Assembly (NCBI GenBank): GCA_964057225.1
Contig: CAXKVF010000076.1
Coordinates: 682,001-746,000, forward strand
Length of the DNA: 64,000 nucleotides
Source of the DNA: Auanema rhodensis
Lineage: Eukaryota > Animalia > Nematoda
Direction of reading: 5' to 3'
The translations under genes and the position numbers were made by a program. Each line of letters starts with the position of its first letter. Within the stretch, counting starts at the first letter, position 1. Below the pieces are notes generated by a model, which worked only from the letters and a program-made list of their open reading frames with translations, did no database searches and was not told the origin of the DNA. Shown here one piece after another: positions 28,901 to 40,490 of this stretch.

Positions 28901-31900
28901 GTGCACATCACGTGTACATTTAATTAACATAAATTGAAGTTCACGTAAATTTCAAAGTCATGGTTACCATGCACCAATATCAATAAAAATTTGTTTTTAG
29001 ACTAATATGGACATGGGGAATCTAATTTTGAAAACCGCATCTCTTTATCTTTCACGTGAAGCGAGTTACATACCAAGTGCACATCACGTGTACATTTAAT
29101 TAGCATAAATTAAAGTTCACGTAAATTTCAAAGTCATGGTTACCATGAACCAATATCAATAAAAATTTGTTTTTAGACTAATATGGACATGGGGAATCTA
29201 ATTTTGAAAACCGCATCTCTTTATCTTTCACGTGAAGCGAGTTACATACCAAGTGCACATCACGTGTACATTTAATTAGCATAAATTAAAGTTCACGTAA
29301 ATTTCAAAGTCATGGTTACCATGAACCAATATCAATAAAAATTTGTTTTTAGACTAATATGGACATGGGGAATCTAATTTTGAAAACCGCATCTCTTTAT
29401 CTTTCACGTGAAGCGAGTTACATACCAAGTGCACATCACGTGTACATTTAATTAGCATAAATTAAAGTTCACGTAAATTTCAAAGTCATGGTTACCATGA
29501 ACCAATATCAATAAAAATTTGTTTTTAGACTAATATGGACATGGGGAATCTAATTTTGAGAACCGCATTTCTTTATCTTTCACGTGAAGCGAGTTACATA
29601 CCAAGTGCACATCACGTGTACATTTAATTAGCATAAATTAAAGTTCACGTAAATTTCAAAGTCATGGTTACCATGCACCAATATCAATAAAAATTTGTTC
29701 TTAGACTAATATGGACATGGGGAATCTAATTTTGAAAACCGCATCTTTTTATCTTTCACGTGAAGCGAGTTACATACCAAGTGCACATCACGTGTACATT
29801 TAATTAGCATAAATTAAAGTTCACGTAAATTTCAAAGTCATGGTTACCATGAACCAATATCAATAAAAATTTGTTTTTAGACTAATATGGACATGGGGAA
29901 TCTAATTTTGAAAACCGCATCTCTTTATCTTTCACGTGAAGCGAGTTACATACCAAGTGCACATCACGTGTACATTTAATTAGCATAAATTAAAGTTCAC
30001 GTAAATTTCAAAGTCATGGTTACCATGAACCAATATCAATAAAAATTTGTTTTTAGACTAATATGGACATGGGGAATCTAATTTTGAAAACCGCATCTCT
30101 TTATCTTTCACGTGAAGCGAGCTACATACCAAGTGCACATCACGTGTACATTTAATTAGCATAAATTAAAGTTCACGTAAATTTCAAAGTCATGGTTACC
30201 ATGAAGCAATATCAATAAAAATTTGTTTTCAGACTAATATGGACATGGGGAATCTAATTTTGAAAACCGCATCTCTTTTTCTTTCACGTGAAGCGAGTTA
30301 CATACCAAGTGCACATCACGTGTACATTTAATTAGCATAAATTAAAGTTCACGTAAATTTCAAAGTCATGGTTACCATGAACCAATATCAATAAAAATTT
30401 GTTTTTAGACTAATATGGACATGGGGAATCTAATTTTGAAAACCGCATCTCTTTATCTTTCACGTGAAGCGAGTTACATACCAAGTGCACATCACGTGTA
30501 CATTTAATTAGCATAAATTAAAGTTCACGTAAATTTCAAAGTCATGGTTACCATGAAGCAATATCAATAAAAATTTGTTTTTAGACTAATATGACCATGG
30601 GGAATCTAACTTTGAAAACCGCATCTCTTTATCTTTCACGTGAAGCGAGTTACATACCAAGTGCACATCACGTGTACATTTAATTAGCATAAATTAAAGT
30701 TCACGTAAATTTCAAAGTCATGGTTACCATGAACCAATATCAATAAAAATTTGTTTTTAGACTAATATGGACATGGGGAATCTAATTTTGAAAACCGCAT
30801 CTCTTTATCTTTCACGTGAAGCGAGTTACATACCAAGTGCACATCACGTGTACATTTAATTAGCATAAATTAAAGTTCACGTAAATTTCAAAGTCATGGT
30901 TACCATGAACCAATATCAATAAAAATTTGTTTTTAGACTAATATGGACATGGGGAATCTAATTTTGAAAACCGCATCTCTTTATCTTTCACGTGAAGCGA
31001 GTTACATACCAAGTGCACATCACGTGTACATTTAATTAGCATAAATTAAAGTTCACGTAAATTTCAAAGTCATGGTTACCATGAACCAATATCAATAAAA
31101 ATTTGTTTTTAGACTAATATGGACATGGGGAATCTAATTTTGAAAACCGCACCTCTTTATCTTTCACGTGAAGCGAGTTACATACCAAGTGCACATCACG
31201 TGTACATTTAATTAGCATAAATTAAAGTTCACGTAAACTTCAAAGTCATGGTTACCATGAACCAATATCAATAAAAATTTGTTTATAGACTAATATGGAC
31301 ATGGGGAATCTAATTTTGAAAACCGCATCTCTTTATCTTTCACGTGAAGCGAGTTACATACCAAGTGCACATCACGTGTACATTTAATTAGCATAAATTA
31401 AAGTTCACGTAAATTTCAAAGTCATGGTTACCATGAACCAATATCAATAAAAATTTGTTTTTAGACTAATATGGACATGGGGAATCTAATTTTGAAAACC
31501 GCATCTCTTTATCTTTCACGTGAAGCGAGTTACATACCAAGTGCACATCACGTGTACATTTAATTAGCATAAATTAAAGTTCACGTAAACTTCAAAGTCA
31601 TGGTTACCATGAAGCAATATCAATAAAAATTTGTTTTTAGACTAATATGGACATGGGGAATCTAATTTTGAAAACCGCATCTCTTTATCTTTCACGTGAA
31701 GCGAGTTACATACCAAGTGCACATCACGTGTACATTTAATTAGCATAAATTAAAGTTCACGTAAATTTCAAAGTCATGGTTACCATGAAGCAATATCAAT
31801 AAAAATTTGTTTTTAGACTAATATGGACATGGGGAATCTAATTTTGAAAACCGCATCTCTTTATCTTTCACGTGAAGCGAGTTACATACCAAGTGCACAT

Positions 31901-32390
31901 CACGTGTACATTTAATTAGCATAAATTAAAGTTCACGTAAATTTCAAAGTCATGGTTACCATGCACCAATATCAATAAAAATTTGTTTTTAGACTAATAT
32001 GGACATGGGAAATCTAATTTTGAAAACCGCATCTCTTTATCTTTCACGTGAAGCGAGTTACATACCAAGTGCACATCACGTGTACATTTAATTAGCATAA
32101 ATTAAAGTTCACGTAAATTTCAAAGTCATGGTTACCATGAACCAATATCAATAAAAATTTGTTTTTAGACTAATATGGACATGGGGAATCTAATTTTGAA
32201 AACCGCATCTCTTTATCTTTCACGTGAAGCGAGTTACATACCGGGTGCACATCACGTGTACATTTAATTAGCATAAATTAAAGTTCACGTAAATTTCAAA
32301 GTCATGGTTACCATGAACCAATATCAATAAAAATTTGTTTTTAGACTAATATGGACATGGGGAATCTAATTTTGAAAACCGCATCTCTTT
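22990..32390 (+). repeat. 24-mer duplication (4227 bp); the first copy is expanded to a 29-mer by an internal 5-mer duplication
   Basis: 3-bp insertion GAGTAGTTAC at ~23251 and ~28358 (5107 = 29x176+3). CCGGGTG at 28016/32243 (4227 = 24x176+3). GAGCTAC at 25015, 25895, 30122. Confidence 0.88.
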
Positions 32391-32402
32391 TTTTTTTGAT
32401 AT
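32391..32402. other. Inversion (strand-switch) junction with 12-nt insertion TTTTTTTGATAT
   Basis: The forward arm stops at monomer position 68 (GCATCTCTTT, 32390) and the reverse arm starts at monomer position 5 (TTGAT, 32403). The insert creates a T10 run (32388-32397) and a tandem TTGATAT-TTGATAT (32396-32409). Confidence 0.95.
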
Positions 32403-33639
32403 TTGATATTGCTTCATGGTAACCATGACTTTGAAATTTACGTGAACTTTAATTTATGCTAATTAAATGTACACGTGATCTGCACTTGGTATGTAACTCG
32501 CTTCACGTGAAAGATAAAGAGATGCGGTTTTCAAAATTAGATTCCCCATGTCCATATTAGTCTAAAAACAAATTTTTATTGATATTGGTTCATGGTAACC
32601 ATGACTTTGAAATTTACGTGAACTTTAATTTATGCTAATTAAATGTACACGTGATGTGCACTTGGTATGTAACTCGCTTCACGTGAAAGATAAAGAGATG
32701 CGGTTTTCAAAATTAGATTCCCCATGTCCATATTAGTCTATAAACAAATTTTTATTGATATTGGTTCATGGTAACCATGACTTTGAAGTTTACGTGAACT
32801 TTAATTTATGCTAATTAAATGTACACGTGATGTGCACTTGGTATGTAACTCGCTTCACGTGAAAGATAAAGAGATGCGGTTTTCAAAATTAGATTCCCCA
32901 TGTCCATATTAGTCTAAAAACAAATTTTTATTGATATTGGTTCATGGTAACCATGACTTTGAAATTTACGTGAACTTTAATTTATGCTAATTAAATGTAC
33001 ACGTGATGTGCACTTGGTATGTAACTCGCTTCACGTGAAAGATAAAGAGATGCGGTTTTCAAAATTAAATTCCCCATGTCCATATTAGTCTAAAAACAAA
33101 TTTTTATTGATATTGGTTCATGGTAACCATGACTTTGAAATTTACGTGAACTTTAATTTATGCTAATTAAATGTACACGTGATGTGCACTTGGTATGTAA
33201 CTCGCTTCACGTGAAAGATAAAGAGATGCGGTTTTCAAAATTAGATTCCCCATGTCCATATTAGTCTAAAAACAAATTTTTATTGATATTGGTTCATGGT
33301 AACCATGACTTTGAAATTTACGTGAACTTTAATTTATGCTAATTAAATGTGCACGTGATGTGCACTTGGTATGTAACTCGCTTCACGTGAAAGATAAAGA
33401 GATGCGGTTTTCAAAATTAGATTCCCCATGGTCATATTAGTCTAAAAACAAATTTTTATTGATATTGCTTCATGGTAACCATGACTTTGAAATTTACGTG
33501 AACTTTAATTTATGCTAATTAAATGTACACGTGATGTGCACTTGGTATGTAACTCGCTTCACGTGAAAGATAAAGAGATGCGGTTTTCAAAATTAGATTC
33601 CCCATGTCCATATTAGTCTAAAAACAAATTTTTATTGAT

Positions 33640-36600
33640 ATTGGTTCATGGTAACCATGACTTTGAAATTTACGTGAACTTTAATTTATGCTAATTAAAT
33701 GTACACGTGATGTGCACTTGGTATGTAACTCGCTTCACGTGAAAGAAAAAGAGATGCGGTTTTCAAAATTAGATTCCCCATGTCCATATTAGTCTGAAAA
33801 CAAATTTTTATTGATATTGCTTCATGGTAACCATGACTTTGAAATTTACGTGAACTTTAATTTATGCTAATTAAATGTACACGTGATGTGCACTTGGTAT
33901 GTAGCTCGCTTCACGTGAAAGATAAAGAGATGCGGTTTTCAAAATTAGATTCCCCATGTCCATATTAGTCTAAAAACAAATTTTTATTGATATTGGTTCA
34001 TGGTAACCATGACTTTGAAATTTACGTGAACTTTAATTTATGCTAATTAAATGTACACGTGATGTGCACTTGGTATGTAACTCGCTTCACGTGAAAGATA
34101 AAAAGATGCGGTTTTCAAAATTAGATTCCCCATGTCCATATTAGTCTAAGAACAAATTTTTATTGATATTGGTGCATGGTAACCATGACTTTGAAATTTA
34201 CGTGAACTTTAATTTATGCTAATTAAATGTACACGTGATGTGCACTTGGTATGTAACTCGCTTCACGTGAAAGATAAAGAAATGCGGTTCTCAAAATTAG
34301 ATTCCCCATGTCCATATTAGTCTAAAAACAAATTTTTATTGATATTGGTTCATGGTAACCATGACTTTGAAATTTACGTGAACTTTAATTTATGCTAATT
34401 AAATGTACACGTGATGTGCACTTGGTATGTAACTCGCTTCACGTGAAAGATAAAGAGATGAGGTTTTCAAAATTAGATTCCCCATGTCCATATTAGTCTA
34501 AAAACAAATTTTTATTGATATTGGTTCATGGTAACCATGACTTTGAAATTTACGTGAACTTTAATTTATGCTAATTAAATGTACACGTGATGTGCACTTG
34601 GTATGTAACTCGCTTCACGTGAAAGATAAAGAGATGCGGTTTTCAAAATTAGATTCCCCATGTCCATATTAGTCTAAAAACAAATTTTTATTGATATTGG
34701 TTCATGGTAACCATGACTTTGAAATTTACGTGAACTTTAATTTATGCTAATTAAATGTACACGTGATGTGCACTTGGTATGTAACTCGCTTCACGTGAAA
34801 GATAAAAAGATGCGGTTTTCAAAATTAGATTCCCCATGTCCATATTAGTCTAAGAACAAATTTTTATTGATATTGGTGCATGGTAACCATGACTTTGAAA
34901 TTTACGTGAACTTTAATTTATGCTAATTAAATGTACACGTGATGTGCACTTGGTATGTAACTCGCTTCACGTGAAAGATAAAGAAATGCGGTTCTCAAAA
35001 TTAGATTCCCCATGTCCATATTAGTCTAAAAACAAATTTTTATTGATATTGGTTCATGGTAACCATGACTTTGAAATTTACGTGAACTTTAATTTATGCT
35101 AATTAAATGTACACGTGATGTGCACTTGGTATGTAACTCGCTTCACGTGAAAGATAAAGAGATGCGGTTTTCAAAATTAGATTCCCCATGTCCATATTAG
35201 TCTAAAAACAAATTTTTATTGATATTGGTTCATGGTAACCATGACTTTGAAATTTACGTGAACTTTAATTTATGCTAATTAAATGTACACGTGATGTGCA
35301 CTTGGTATGTAACTCGCTTCACGTGAAAGATAAAGAGATGCGGTTTTCAAAATTAGATTCCCCATGTCCATATTAGTCTAAAAACAAATTTTTATTGATA
35401 TTGGTTCATGGTAACCATGACTTTGAAATTTACGTGAACTTTAATTTATGCTAATTAAATGTACACGTGATGTGCACTTGGTATGTAACTCGCTTCACGT
35501 GAAAGAAAAAGAGATGCGGTTTTCAAAATTAGATTCCCCATGTCCATATTAGTCTGAAAACAAATTTTTATTGATATTGCTTCATGGTAACCATGACTTT
35601 GAAATTTACGTGAACTTTAATTTATGCTAATTAAATGTACACGTGATGTGCACTTGGTATGTAGCTCGCTTCACGTGAAAGATAAAGAGATGCGGTTTTC
35701 AAAATTAGATTCCCCATGTCCATATTAGTCTAAAAACAAATTTTTATTGATATTGGTTCATGGTAACCATGACTTTGAAATTTACGTGAACTTTAATTTA
35801 TGCTAATTAAATGTACACGTGATGTGCACTTGGTATGTAACTCGCTTCACGTGAAAGATAAAAAGATGCGGTTTTCAAAATTAGATTCCCCATGTCCATA
35901 TTAGTCTAAGAACAAATTTTTATTGATATTGGTGCATGGTAACCATGACTTTGAAATTTACGTGAACTTTAATTTATGCTAATTAAATGTACACGTGATG
36001 TGCACTTGGTATGTAACTCGCTTCACGTGAAAGATAAAGAAATGCGGTTCTCAAAATTAGATTCCCCATGTCCATATTAGTCTAAAAACAAATTTTTATT
36101 GATATTGGTTCATGGTAACCATGACTTTGAAATTTACGTGAACTTTAATTTATGCTAATTAAATGTACACGTGATGTGCACTTGGTATGTAACTCGCTTC
36201 ACGTGAAAGATAAAGAGATGCGGTTTTCAAAATTAGATTCCCCATGTCCATATTAGTCTAAAAACAAATTTTTATTGATATTGGTTCATGGTAACCATGA
36301 CTTTGAAATTTACGTGAACTTTAATTTATGCTAATTAAATGTACACGTGATGTGCACTTGGTATGTAACTCGCTTCACGTGAAAGATAAAGAGATGCGGT
36401 TTTCAAAATTAGATTCCCCATGTCCATATTAGTCTAAAAACAAATTTTTATTGATATTGGTTCATGGTAACCATGACTTTGAAATTTACGTGAACTTTAA
36501 TTTATGCTAATTAAATGTACACGTGATGTGCACTTGGTATGTAACTCGCTTCACGTGAAAGATAAAAAGATGCGGTTTTCAAAATTAGATTCCCCATGTC

Positions 36601-37330
36601 CATATTAGTCTAAGAACAAATTTTTATTGATATTGGTGCATGGTAACCATGACTTTGAAATTTACGTGAACTTTAATTTATGCTAATTAAATGTACACGT
36701 GATGTGCACTTGGTATGTAACTCGCTTCACGTGAAAGATAAAGAAATGCGGTTCTCAAAATTAGATTCCCCATGTCCATATTAGTCTAAAAACAAATTTT
36801 TATTGATATTGGTTCATGGTAACCATGACTTTGAAATTTACGTGAACTTTAATTTATGCTAATTAAATGTACACGTGATGTGCACTTGGTATGTAACTCG
36901 CTTCACGTGAAAGATAAAGAGATGCGGTTTTCAAAATTAGATTCCCCATGTCCATATTAGTCTAAAAACAAATTTTTATTGATATTGGTTCATGGTAACC
37001 ATGACTTTGAAATTTACGTGAACTTTAATTTATGCTAATTAAATGTACACGTGATGTGCACTTGGTATGTAACTCGCTTCACGTGAAAGATAAAGAGATG
37101 CGGTTTTCAAAATTAGATTCCCCATGTCCATATTAGTCTAAAAACAAATTTTTATTGATATTGGTTCATGGTAACCATGACTTTGAAATTTACGTGAACT
37201 TTAATTTATGCTAATTAAATGTACACGTGATGTGCACTTGGTATGTAACTCGCTTCACGTGAAAGATAAAGAGATGCGGTTTTCAAAATTAGATTCCCCA
37301 TGTCCATATTAGTCTAAGAACAAATTTTTA
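33640..37330 (-). repeat. Right-arm-specific 10-mer duplication (1760 bp) with a nested 4-mer duplication (704 bp)
   Basis: GAAAGAAAAA at 33747/35507 and GTAGCTC at 33904/35664. The TCTAAGAAC + GGTTCTC monomer pair appears four times between 34.1 and 36.8 kb. Boundaries approximate. Confidence 0.82.
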
Positions 37331-37899
37331 TTGATATTGGTTCATGGTAACCATGACTTTGAAATTTACGTGAACTTTAATTTATGCTAATTAAATGTAC
37401 ACGTGATGTGCACTTGGTATGTAACTCGCTTCACGTGAAAGATAAAGAAATGCGGTTCTCAAAATTAGATTCCCCATGTCCATATTAGTCTAAAAACAAA
37501 TTTTTATTGATATTGGTTCATGGTAACCATGACTTTGAAATTTACGTGAACTTTAATTTATGCTAATTAAATGTACACGTGATGTGCACTTGGTATGTAA
37601 CTCGCTTCACGTGAAAGATAAAGAAATGCGGTTCTCAAAATTAGATTCCCCATGTCCATATTAGTCTAAAAACAAATTTTTATTGATATTGGTTCATGGT
37701 AACCATGACTTTGAAATTTACGTGAACTTTAATTTATGCTAATTAAATGTACACGTGATGTGCACTTGGTATGTAACTCGCTTCACGTGAAAGATAAAGA
37801 GATGCGGTTTTCAAAATTAGATTCCCCATGTCCATATTAGTCTAAAAACAAATTTTTATTGATATTGGTTCATGGTAACCATGACTTTGAAATTTACGT

Positions 37900-40490
37900 G
37901 AACTTTAATTTATGCTAATTAAATGTACACGTGATGTGCACTTGGTATGTAACTCGCTTCACGTGAAAGATAAAGAGATGCGGTTTTCAAAATTAGATTC
38001 CCCATGTCCATATTAGTCTAAAAACAAATTTTTATTGATATTGGTTCATGGTAACCATGACTTTGAAATTTACGTGAACTTTAATTTATGCTAATTAAAT
38101 GTACACGTGATGTGCACTTGGTATGTAACTCGCTTCACGTGAAAGATAAAGAGATGCGGTTTTCAAAATTAGATTCCCCATGTCCATATTAGTCTAAAAA
38201 CAAATTTTTATTGATATTGGTGCATGGTAACCATGACTTTGAAATTTACGTGAACTTCAATTTATGTTAATTAAATGTACACGTGATGTGCACTTGGTAT
38301 GTAACTCGCTTCACGTGAAAGATAAAGAGATGCGGTTTTCAAAATTAGATTCCCCATGTCCATATTAGTCTAAAAACATATTTTTATTGATATTGGTTCA
38401 TGGTAACCATGACTTTGAAATTTACGTGAACTTTAATTTATGCTAATTAAATGTACACGTGATGTGCACTTGGTATGTAACTCGCTTCACGTGAAAGATA
38501 AAGAGATGCGGTTTTCAAAATTATATTCCCCATGTCCATATTAGTCTAAAAACAAATTTTTATTGATATTGGTGCATGGTAACCATGACTTTGAAATTTA
38601 CGTGAACTTCAATTTATGTTAATTAAATGTACACGTGATGTGCACTTGGTATGTAACTCGCTTCACGTAAAAGATAAAGAGATGCGGTTTTCAAAATTAG
38701 ATTCCCCATGTCCATATTAGTCTAAAAACAAATTTTTATTGATATTGGTTCATGGTAACCATGACTTTGAAATTTACGTGAACTTTAATTTATGCTAATT
38801 AAATATACACGTGATGTGCACTTGGTATGTAACTCGCTTCACGTGAAAGATAAAGAGATGCGGTTTTCAAAATTAGATTCCCCATGTCCATATTAGTCTA
38901 AAAACAAATTTTTATTGATATTGCTTCATGGTAACCATGACTTTGAAGTTTACGTGAACTTTAATTTATGCTAATTAAATGTACACGTGATGTGCACTTG
39001 GTATGTAACTCGCTTCACGTGAAAGATGAAGAGATGCGGTTTTCAAAATTAGATTCCCCATGTCCATATTAGTCAAAAAACAAATTTTTATTGATATTGG
39101 TTCATGGTAACCATGACTTTGAAATTTACGTGAACTTTAATTTATGCTAATTAAATGTACACGTGATGTGCACTTGGTATGTAACTCGCTTCACGTGAAA
39201 GATAAAGAGATGCGGTTTTCAAAATTAGATTCCCCATGTCCATATTAGTCTAAAAACAAATTTTTATTGATATTGGTTCATGGTAACCATGACTTTGAAA
39301 TTTACGTGAACTTTAATTTATGCTAATTAAATGTACACGTGATGTGCACTTGGTATGTAACTCGCTTCACGTGAAAGATAAAGAGATGCGGTTTTCAAAA
39401 TTAGATTCCCCATGTCCATATTAGTCTAAAAACAAATTTTTATTGATATTGGTGCATGGTAACCATGACTTTGAAATTTACGTGAACTTCAATTTATGTT
39501 AATTAAATGTACACGTGATGTGCACTTGGTATGTAACTCGCTTCACGTGAAAGATAAAGAGATGCGGTTTTCAAAATTAGATTCCCCATGTCCATATTAG
39601 TCTAAAAACAAATTTTTATTGATATTGGTTCATGGTAACCATGACTTTGAAATTTACGTGAACTTTAATTTATGCTAATTAAATGTACACGTGATGTGCA
39701 CTTGGTATGTAACTCGCTTCACGTGAAAGATAAAGAGATGCGGTTTTCAAAATTAGATTCCCCATGTCCATATTAGTCTAAAAACAAATTTTTATTGATA
39801 TTGGTGCATGGTAACCATGACTTTGAAATTTACGTGAACTTCAATTTATGTTAATTAAATGTACACGTGATGTGCACTTGGTATGTAACTCGCTTCACGT
39901 AAAAGATAAAGAGATGCGGTTTTCAAAATTAGATTCCCCATGTCCATATTAGTCTAAAAACAAATTTTTATTGATATTGGTTCATGGTAACCATGACTTT
40001 GAAATTTACGTGAACTTTAATTTATGCTAATTAAATATACACGTGATGTGCACTTGGTATGTAACTCGCTTCACGTGAAAGATAAAGAGATGCGGTTTTC
40101 AAAATTAGATTCCCCATGTCCATATTAGTCTAAAAACAAATTTTTATTGATATTGCTTCATGGTAACCATGACTTTGAAGTTTACGTGAACTTTAATTTA
40201 TGCTAATTAAATGTACACGTGATGTGCACTTGGTATGTAACTCGCTTCACGTGAAAGATGAAGAGATGCGGTTTTCAAAATTAGATTCCCCATGTCCATA
40301 TTAGTCAAAAAACAAATTTTTATTGATATTGGTTCATGGTAACCATGACTTTGAAATTTACGTGAACTTTAATTTATGCTAATTAAATGTACACGTGATG
40401 TGCACTTGGTATGTAACTCGCTTCACGTGAAAGATAAAGAGATGCGGTTTTCAAAATTAGATTCCCCATGTCCATATTAGTCTAAAAACA
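37900..40490 (-). repeat. Right-arm-specific 7-mer duplication (1232 bp)
   Basis: CACGTAAAAG at 38669/39901; the AATATACAC and AGTCAAAAAA variants also recur at +1232. Boundaries approximate. Confidence 0.82.

Larger units (their letters stand above)
1..32390 (+). repeat. 176-bp satellite array, forward arm (185 complete monomers plus a 68-bp partial monomer); putative centromeric/pericentromeric satellite
   Basis: ATCAATAAAAATTTGTTTTTAGACT...CATGGTTACCATGAACCAAT recurs every 176 bp (starts at 1, 177, ..., 32323). Length arithmetic fits 185 units once four 61-bp deletions and two 3-bp insertions are allowed. Most monomers differ from consensus at 0-2 sites. Centromeric role is inferred only from the nucleosome-sized unit, homogeneity and HOR structure. 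Confidence 0.98.

Noticed and set aside
32388-32409. Retrotransposon poly(A) tail with target-site duplication
   Set aside because: There is no element body, and the TTGATAT duplicate is tandem on one side rather than flanking an insert.
32480-32480. Private G>C (GATC) in the first reverse monomer as repair-associated mutagenesis
   Set aside because: It is a single SNP; similar singletons occur throughout the array, so it cannot be tied to the junction.
32300-32500. Fold-back chimeric read or assembly artefact as the cause of the palindrome
   Set aside because: An artefact would give an essentially exact mirror. The arms differ by many arm-specific SNPs, indels and HOR duplications, and the junction has an insertion and an offset register. 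Read confirmation is still advisable.
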